Shown: positions 10,829 to 18,224 of the stretch, in pieces
How the letters are laid out: each line of letters opens with the position of its first letter
Numbering within the stretch: position 1 is the first letter of the stretch
NCBI RefSeq assembly: GCF_006345805.1
Contig: NW_021824622.1
Span: forward strand, 1 to 18,224
From: Octopus sinensis
Taxonomy: Eukaryota
Length of the DNA stretch: 18,224 nt
Reading direction: 5' to 3'
Translations under genes and position numbers: made by a program
The notes under the pieces: generated by a model
The model's input: the letters and a program-made list of their open reading frames with translations, nothing else
What the model was told of the DNA's origin: nothing
Database searches by the model: none

Positions 10829-11056
10829 TATTTCTTTACTACCCACAAGGGGCTAAACACAGAGAGGACAAACAAGGACAGACAAACGGATTAAGTCGAT
10901 TATATCGACCCCAGTGCGTAACTGGTACTTATTTTATCGACCCCGAAGGGATGAAATGCAAAGTCGACCTCGGCGGAATTCGAACTCAGAACGTAACAGC
11001 AGAAGAAATACGGCTACGCATTTCGCCCGGCGAGCTGACGGTTCTGCCAGCTCGCC
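10829..11056 (-). mobile_element. Full-length young SINE family B with a perfect 15-bp target-site duplication
   Basis: ggattcatggatacc flanks the element on both sides (10814-10828 and 11057-11071). Confidence 0.95.
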
Positions 11057-11071
11057 GGATTCATGGATACC

Positions 11072-11289
11072 GGTCACTCGGCTTCTATGGCGTAGTATAA
11101 GTGACTGAAATCATAACATTCCCCTTGGACAGGACGCCAGTTCGTCGCAAGTTTACTCACTTAGTTCTCAGTGAATTGGAGCAACATGAAATGAAGTGTT
11201 TTCTTAAAGGATTCGATGCAGTGCCCTGTCCGAAAATGGAAACCGCCAGCAAAAGATCGTGAGTGCAAAACCCTGACCATTTGGCCACG
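11072..11289 (-). mobile_element. tRNA-derived SINE family C (MetaSINE-like core), diverged
   Basis: The reverse complement contains a tRNA-like head and cacttcatttcatgttgctccaattcactgag, matching cactttctttcacgttgctccagtccactcaa at about 13808-13840. Confidence 0.65.
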
Positions 11290-11339
11290 TTCTTTCACCA
11301 TCTTTTCGGGATTGATAAAAAGAATTACCAAACCAAAGT

Positions 11340-11440
11340 AGGGTGGTGGTTTGGAGGAACTGTAAGAATGTTGGACCGGATGCTTTCTGATATTTTCCCG
11401 GCTCCTTGCAATTTGAGTCCAAATCCCGCCATGGCCTTCT
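11340..11440 (+). mobile_element. Diverged SINE family B-like 5' head
   Basis: ggtggtggtttggaggaactgtaag...tttgagtccaaatcccgcc parallels ggcgagctggcagaatcgttag...ctgagttcaaattccgcc. Confidence 0.45.
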
Positions 11441-11719
11441 TGTGTGGTTGACTTGAGACGTGGTTCGGATTAACACCATCATTTACCACCTTGATTGCAG
11501 TTAACAGAACGCACTGCGTTGCCCTCGTTTGGGACCAGGTTTCTGGTTTAAGGATACAGAGATGTACCACATAGAAAAATTGAAAGGAAGACTGAGAAGT
11601 AAGCAGAGAAATAGCTTACGGACGGGGGTGAGCATGTATACGTCTTGTGTGTGATTTTCGTGCTTTCCTTTATCTTCCTTAGAGAGACTGACAGATAGAT
11701 AGATACACGTCGCACACCT

Positions 11720-11940
11720 ACATGTATAATTACGTACGAACATACATACATACATACATACATACATACATACATACATACGTACGAACATACATACATA
11801 CATACATACATACATACATACATACATACATACATACATACATACATACATACGTACATACATACATACGTACGTACATACATACATACATGCATACATA
11901 CATACATACATACACACATACATACATACATACATACATA
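11720..11940. repeat. (ATAC)n microsatellite with a repeated acgtacgaac variant block
   Basis: Directly visible; the variant block occurs at about 11732 and 11780. Confidence 0.95.
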
Positions 11941-12371
11941 GAATCATAAATATTCAAAAAAGTGGATTCACAACGAGCAAAGCTATGTAATTATAGCAAC
12001 TCATACGTACAAAACAAACATACATTTCGTCGTATGTACATACATACATACATACAAACATACATATATACATACATATGCACATACTTGAGCACGTAAT
12101 GGGCGCAAAGCTACATAACAGGACTATTATCAGCAATATTCAATAAACAGATATTGTATCGATTAGCTAATCATGGCAGATTTACTCTGACCAAACACAT
12201 TAATGTCGCCTCCACAAATAATTTGCTTGACGTACTCGAATAATGGCTACCAATTGACTTATTGTCGCTAAACGTTTCCTTTCCATGGAAACATTTGATT
12301 GAAGCAGCCGACACTGTCGTCTGCTGTGGGGATTGGCGGGAAATTGAATCAGTGTTTGGCTTCGCGCTGTT

Positions 12372-12372
12372 A

Positions 12373-12437
<65 letters not shown>

Positions 12438-13080
12438 GTCCTCTCTTCTTAACTCTATTTCTCTCTCATCCTCTCTTCTTAACTCTTTTTCTTTCCACCT
12501 CTTTTCTCTCTGTTTTTCTGGCTTTCTTCTTAGCTCTTTCTTGCTCTAGCTCTATTCTTCTTTCTTTCTCTCACTCTCATTCTCTTTCGCTCACTCTAGG
12601 TCTGTTTCTCTTTCTCTTTAACTCTTTGTTTCATACACACACTCTCTCTCTCTCTGTCTTTCTCTTTAGCTTTGCATCACTCTCCTCAATTCTCTCTTTA
12701 TTTCTTTCCCTTTAACTATTTCTCTTTCTCTCTGACTCCTTAACTCTCTATCTCCCCTTCTCTCTCTCCATTGCTCTCTCTGTGTCTTTCTTTCCCTCCT
12801 TTAGATCTCTCCCTCCCTCTCTCTCTTTCTCTTCTGTTTGTCTCAGTATATTCTTAGTATTTGTTCTTCATTTACAAATATATATTTTTTCTATTTTTGT
12901 CTTTTCTCTTTTTAATTTCTTTATCTTTCTCATTTTCTTTATACCTCTTCCTTCTTTCTCTCTTCTATCGCCAACATCTCTTTCCTCTTTTTGTTATTTT
13001 ACTTCTTTTAGTTATTTCTTCTACTCCATTTTGTTCTTATTTTCCTTTTCTTCTCTTCATCCTTCCTTTCTTCTTCATTG
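12372..13080. repeat. About 700-bp strand-asymmetric polypyrimidine tract: (CT)n grading into degenerate T/C-rich sequence
   Basis: Directly visible. Confidence 0.9.
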
Positions 13081-13453
13081 TGCAATGCTTAAACTTTTTT
13101 CAGACAGTGTGGTTGTTGATAAAAAATGTAGTTTATGAACTCTCGTCGTCAAGGCTTATAACAATATGCAAATGATATGCAAACGAGCAATACTTGTTGC
13201 TTTACGAGTCTACCATAAGTGAAGGTAACTTACTGCATCTCTCAGGAGAACAGATGAATTAAACAGCGCTGATGAGTTGCGAACGACCAGGAGAAATTAA
13301 ATGGAGTGCTCCTCATTCTGTTGTGCACGAAACATCCCTGTGCTTTGATGACAGGGTGTATATATGTGTAGCTAGTTTACATATATAGATACTAAGCGGA
13401 CATAAGTTTAGCTATTAACAACTTGCCTACCAACCCTAGACCACTGAATACAC

Positions 13454-13672
13454 CAGTGCTTTTCAACCTTTTTGCTGGAGCGGAACCCCAAGGAAACATT
13501 CTACTGGCTCGAGGAACCCCTGTGCAATAATTTAATTGTCTTATGCACACATATCTGCACAGGAGACTTAAAAATTACTGCCGATTTTAGCAGTTTTGTA
13601 AGTTCTTGCGGAACATCTGGACTGTACTGGTGGAACCCTAAGGTTCCGAGGAACCCTGGTCGAAAACCACTG
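13454..13672. mobile_element. Non-autonomous hAT (Charlie-type) DNA transposon / MITE, 219 bp
   Basis: 15-bp TIRs cagtgcttttcaacc (13454-13468) and ggtcgaaaaccactg (13658-13672), 13/15 complementary. The 8-bp TSD gaatacac / gtatacac matches at 7/8 with central TA. Subterminal ggaaccc repeats are present. Confidence 0.88.
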
Positions 13673-13724
13673 GTATACACACTTTTACGCGTGTTTATAT
13701 GTGTGTGTATATATGTGTGTGTGT

Positions 13725-14040
13725 GCACGTGTGTGGTTAGAGTATTCAACTCACGATCGTGATGTCGTGAGTTCGATACCGGGCGGCCTGTTGTGTCCTT
13801 GAACAAGACACTTTCTTTCACGTTGCTCCAGTCCACTCAACTGGCAAAAATGAGTTGTTCTTGTATTTGAAAAGGCCAACCTTGTCACACTCTGTGTTAC
13901 GCCTAATATCCCCGAGAACTACGTTAAGTACACGTGAGTCTGTGGAGAACTCAGCCACGTAAACATTAACTTCACAAGTAGGTTGTTCTCTTGATCAGTT
14001 CAACTGGAACACATAAGGTCTTAATCGACGTAGTGCCAGT
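13725..14040 (+). mobile_element. tRNA-derived SINE family C (MetaSINE-like core) inserted in (TG)n
   Basis: gtgtggttag A box region, gagttcgatacc B box, then gttgtgtccttgaacaagacactttctttcacgttgctccagtccactcaactgg, matching my recollection of the Meta domain. The 3' boundary is approximate. Confidence 0.75.
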
Positions 14041-14337
14041 GTGTGTACTTGCAATATTTCTTCATCATGAGAACCCAATTAGGTTCGAAAATCGATTTAG
14101 CTTGTCATATATCTACTATAGGTTACATACAAAACACACACAAATAGACGTTAATGTTTGCTTTTCTGTCAAATCATATATAAAAACAATTTAACATTAA
14201 ACCGAAGAATTGCGCAATTCTTTTTGTAGATAACATTAACTTTTACAAGTAAAAGGTTGACAGCAACTTTGACGTGTAGGCTTGCTCGCTTCAGTCAGTT
14301 TTGTATGCATGTATACACAAGCATATATCTACATTAC

Positions 14338-14970
14338 CGATGATTTTGTAGCTAGGACACTCTATAATGAAATCCGTCGGAAGGATAACCCCGAGGACAA
14401 AGAAGAACCCACAGTATGGTGGAAGCCATAGCCACTCATAATAATAAAATCGAATACTGGTGGAATGTCCTAGTGAAGACCTCAATAAAATGTAAGCACA
14501 ACAGACCAGATATAATGATTTGAGACAGAGAAGAGAAACTGTGTACAGTTGTGGAAATTAGCTACCCAGCAGATGTTAACATAAGGCTGAAGATCACTGA
14601 AAAAGAAAACACGTATGCTGAACTATTGAGAAATCTGCAGTTATTCTATCCAGATTACAAGTTCAGGTTTATACCTGTAATCATTGGGCCCTTGGGATAT
14701 GTAACATACTGCTTAAATACCTATCTTGAGAAATTAGGCTTTTCAAAACCAGGAAGGAGAAAGCTAATTCGAAGACTACAAATCCAATCCATCACTGGAA
14801 CTATAAAAATCATATATAAGGCAAAACATATAACTATGCATATATGCATACATACAAACAAACAAACAAAAAATACTCTGTTGTTGATGTAGAAATTCCA
14901 ATGGAGGAGCCTTGAATCTAAGTTAGAAGCCGGCTCTTTATTGGCAAGAAATCTTGAAATAAATTGAACA
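14338..14970 (+). mobile_element. 5'-truncated R4/Dong-clade non-LTR retrotransposon: pseudogenised restriction-like endonuclease domain plus 3' UTR
   Basis: DFVARTLYNEIRRKDNPE / frameshift / EYWWNVLVKTSIKCKHNRPDIMI*DREEKLCTVVEISYPADVNIRLKITEKENTYAELLRNLQLFYPDYKFRFIPVIIGPLG carries the RPD...E/D.x.P, K..K..KY and P..IG.LG motifs of RLE-bearing elements. Premature TGA at 14521-14523. Confidence 0.85.
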
Positions 14971-14985
14971 CACACACATACACAC

Positions 14986-15021
<36 letters not shown>

Positions 15022-15109
15022 ATGTCTGTGTGGGGGATATATATATATGTGTATGTGTGTGAGTGTGTGGATGCATATATATATACATGTCTGTGTGTAT
15101 ATGTGTATG

Positions 15110-15150
<41 letters not shown>

Positions 15151-15309
15151 ATATATATATATATATATTATATATATTATATATCATATATGTGTGTGTG
15201 TTAACGAGCAAGAAAGAGTACTCAATACCGGGTAGATGGAATATTCACATATATCTGGCCAGCTAGATTACATATTGTTGCCAAAATGTTCACACTGACT
15301 GGAAACACA

Positions 15310-15345
15310 TGCATACACACACACACACATACACACATTCACACA

Positions 15346-15400
<55 letters not shown>
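15310..15400. repeat. (CA)n microsatellite; other CA/TG arrays at 1-32, 917-957, 8780-8850; (GA)n at 2073-2120 and 8087-8118
   Basis: Directly visible. Confidence 0.95.
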
Positions 15401-15402
<2 letters not shown>

Positions 15403-16235
15403 TATAGGAGTGTGTGAGCGCATAAAATGTATAAAGCATACATAGAAATTTTCCTCCATACATTGTATGTATGGTCACGAGGTACAGGTTAACGATGACA
15501 ACAACAATCAGTTGTAAGTGTGCCGTTAGTGATTGGTATTGATCTTCCACAGATCGATACAATAAAACTATGTCAGCGACTGGCTGTGACTTTAGGGTTT
15601 CATACATTGAACAATGCAGCTAATGTGATAGATTTTGGTGCTTATGAAACAGCAGGAAATAATCTATTTTATACATATTGGTGTGTATATGTGTACATAT
15701 ATGAATATATGTGTGTATATGGGTGTATGTATATGTGTGTGTATGTGTGGGTGTTTAAATGTACATATATGGTATGTATGTATATATGTATATACATTTA
15801 TAGATATCTGTATACATATGTATATATATATATATATAAAATAATTTATACATATATATATACATACATACATATGTGTGTGTATAATGTATGTACGTAT
15901 ATGTATGTAAATGTGTGTGCATTTGTATGTGTATATGTGTGTGTGTACACACACAGACACACACACACACATACACATATATATGTATATATTTCGATGT
16001 GTAGAATAGTTAAAATGTCGACTAGAAAGGGTTGCAACATTTCGTTAAAGTTTTCGGCGCTCTGTGTTGAAGTCTCATCTTTGACTTTTATCCGTTTTGG
16101 GTGTTGAGAGATAAAGTAACTGCCGAGGGTGTCTAACACTCCGCCCCCACCCCCATCCCCAACTACCTTAGCAGCTGTCAAATCCTTGTTCTCCAGCGGG
16201 GACATCGACCTTTATACAGGTCCCTAAAATTATTT

Positions 16236-16676
16236 GCGATAGGAGTGGCTGTGTGATAAGTAGCTTACTTAAAATCTATATGGTTCCGGGTTCAGTACTT
16301 CTGCGTGGTGCCTTGGGCAAGTGTCTTCTACTATACCCTCAGGTCGACCAAAGCCTTGTGAGTGGATTTGGTAGGCGGAAACTGGAAGAAACCCGTTGTA
16401 TATATATATAATATAAAGAGGTATTATTACCGTTATCAATAGTATTAATAAGGTAATATGTGTGTGTGTATATGTTTATGTGTATGTGTTTGTCCCCCCA
16501 CCATCGCTTGACAACCGATGTTGGTTTGCTTACGTCCCCGTAACTTAGGGGTTCGGCAAAAGAGAGCGATAGAATAAGCACTAGGCTTACAAAGAATAAG
16601 TCCTGGGGTCGATTCATTCATCTAATGGCGGTGCTCCAGCATGGCCACAGTCAAATGACTGAAACAAATAAATGAA
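16236..16676 (+). mobile_element. Full-length SINE family A: tRNA head, CORE-like segment, internal TA/TG microsatellite, 3' half ending in an RTE-like tail
   Basis: aggagtggctgtgtgataag A box region, ggttcagtac B box-like, ccttgggcaagtgtctt core, 3' end ggtgctccagcatggccacagtcaaatgactgaaacaa. RTE similarity of the tail is from recollection and has not been searched. Confidence 0.88.
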
Positions 16677-16845
16677 TGTGTTGTGTGTGTGTGTGTGTGT
16701 GTATGGACAAGCGAAAGAAAGCGGCACTCAATACATTTCGGTGGCGGCTACATATATTGATATATGCTATATTTTAGTGATTCGATTTACATTTGTTATA
16801 CGAGGGCTACAAAAGTTGCATGGAACTGCATCTATATTAATTATA

Positions 16846-16886
<41 letters not shown>

Positions 16887-17088
16887 CACTTGGCATTGCA
16901 AGACTACTAACCTGATGTAGACCTAATGTGCTTCTGTTTCGGAACAAAGTGTTAGATGAGTATAGAACGGTAATATGAAAATGAGATGACACAGGAAAAA
17001 TTTCATATAAAGTTTATTACATAACCATTGTTTTCCCTGTATCATCTGTTTTTCCTGTGTATGTATGTATATGTATGTATGTATGTAT

Positions 17089-17181
17089 GTCATTGTTCAG
17101 TTTTATTTCAAGATTTCTTTCCAATAGAAAAGGAGCCGGTTTCTAACCTAGATCGAAGGCTCCTTCATTGGAATTTCAACA
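17089..17181 (-). mobile_element. Extreme 3' end of the same R4/Dong element, inside a (TATG)n array
   Basis: The reverse complement gttgaaattccaatgaaggagccttcgatctaggttagaaaccggctcc..attggaaagaaatcttgaaataaaactgaac matches 14881-14970. TATG repeats lie on both sides. Confidence 0.85.
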
Positions 17182-17510
17182 TGCATGTATGTATGTATGT
17201 ATGTATGTATGTATGTATGTATGTATGTATGTATGTATGTATGTATGTATGTATGTATGTATGTAGATTAGTTACAGGATTCATTAGAATCTTGGCGCAT
17301 CAACACCTAGAATTCCAGGACTGGATAGGTACTGTAACATTGAATTTACAGTAAGGTAAAAAAAATAAGTACTAGATATCATTTGTTGGTAGTGGACTGC
17401 AAGTATGTGTATATATGGGTATCAAATCCAATAGAAACCGTAGATCCGACTCAGAGTTGCTTCCAGGTGTGTCGTAGGTATAAAAAGAACACAAATGGTG
17501 TTTAACATTT

Positions 17511-17590
17511 ACTACAGCTGTTTCGGTAGCCGTTTATTTATAGATAATGCATAGATTTCATCATAGCATATATCCACCATCGTCAGGTGG
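17511..17590 (-). ncRNA. Type-I hammerhead ribozyme motif with intact catalytic core, probably from a Penelope-like terminal repeat
   Basis: Minus strand: ccac-CTGACGA-t-ggtgg-(about 43 nt)-ctacc-GAAA-cagctg-TA^gt. CTGACGA maps to 17586-17580 and GAAA to 17524-17521. Stem II is 5 bp with one G-U pair, stem III is the palindrome ACAGCTGT, and the triplet is GUA. Stem I is weak (2 bp next to the core). Confidence 0.65.
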
Positions 17591-18224
17591 CAAGGTAAAA
17601 TCTTGATGATGACCTATTCAACAAGTAACTTGATGAATAAGTGATGTTTTTTTAAACAGAACAATTGAATTTATCGAAATATGGCGGAGTAAATGGATAT
17701 TCTAGAAGCAAAGAGGTCAAAACGTCACTATTTTCGACCTGTTGTCTTAATTTATAGCCGTGATCCGTTGTGAAGAAGTATCAGGAAGCAGGTAGGTCTT
17801 CCAAAACATGTCTAATCAAGATATCTCTTGGTTCAGTGAGATAAAACATCAGACTTTGGGGTTTGTGTGTATGTGTATATATACATGTGCATATATACAT
17901 ATGTGTGTGTGTATGTATGTAGATTCCATTTCATTTAGCGGGAAAGGTCCGAGAATTTCGTGCGTTACACTTATCAAACTAATTTTTGAATCGTGGCGGG
18001 TGCGATAAAACTTTTGACTAGAAAGTTCTGTCAAAAGGTCAGTGTGAGTGACGTTAAAATATATCTTTCGAAATCTGACCGTTAAGCAGCGTAAAGGAAC
18101 AATAAATATTATAATTAATAATGTTATAAATAATAATATAAATAATAAAGAAATGTAAACGTATATATATATATATATGCACATACATATATATATATAT
18201 ATATATGCACATACATATATATGA

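Noticed and set aside
13269-13300. CTGATGA hammerhead-like heptamer
   Set aside because: No stem II closes onto a GAAA (the next motif is GAAC) and no stem III or cleavage triplet follows.
16799-16830. TA-cgagggctacaaaagttgc, similar to a mariner TIR start
   Set aside because: No matching inverted end or transposase sequence is visible in the window.
17600-17860. Possible GIY-YIG endonuclease C-terminus upstream of the minus-strand hammerhead
   Set aside because: The minus-strand frames I translated contain stops and no recognisable GIY-YIG motifs.
1-18224. Most ORFs in the six-frame track (poly YI, CV, MYVC, HT, LS, L, T, Y)
   Set aside because: They are translations of stop-free microsatellites and have no domain-like content.
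1-18224. CRISPR arrays, true tRNA or rRNA genes, prokaryotic operons
   Set aside because: No repeat-spacer array is present. The tRNA-like A/B boxes all belong to SINE heads that continue into SINE bodies.

Overview
Eukaryotic, AT-rich, microsatellite-saturated non-coding DNA (intron or intergenic). The SINE families and repeat density point to a coleoid cephalopod, most likely Octopus; this is an inference, not a database result. No host protein-coding gene can be supported. Almost all ORFs in the track are translations of di-, tri- and tetranucleotide repeats, and the only recognisable protein sequence comes from two decayed non-LTR retrotransposons: a CR1/Jockey-group RT C-terminus (330-895, minus) and an R4/Dong-type restriction-like endonuclease tail (14338-14970, plus). 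The window holds three tRNA-derived SINE families (about a dozen copies or fragments, some nested or inverted) and one hAT-Charlie MITE with TIRs and TSD. The main findings are two minimal type-I hammerhead ribozyme motifs of the Penelope-like-element kind (8602-8636 plus, with a U4C change; 17511-17590 minus, intact core), a perfect 40-bp-stem hairpin (4882-4964), a close inverted pair of young SINEs (10337-11056) that could form an ADAR substrate, and evidence that the R4/Dong element inserts into (ATAC)n arrays.
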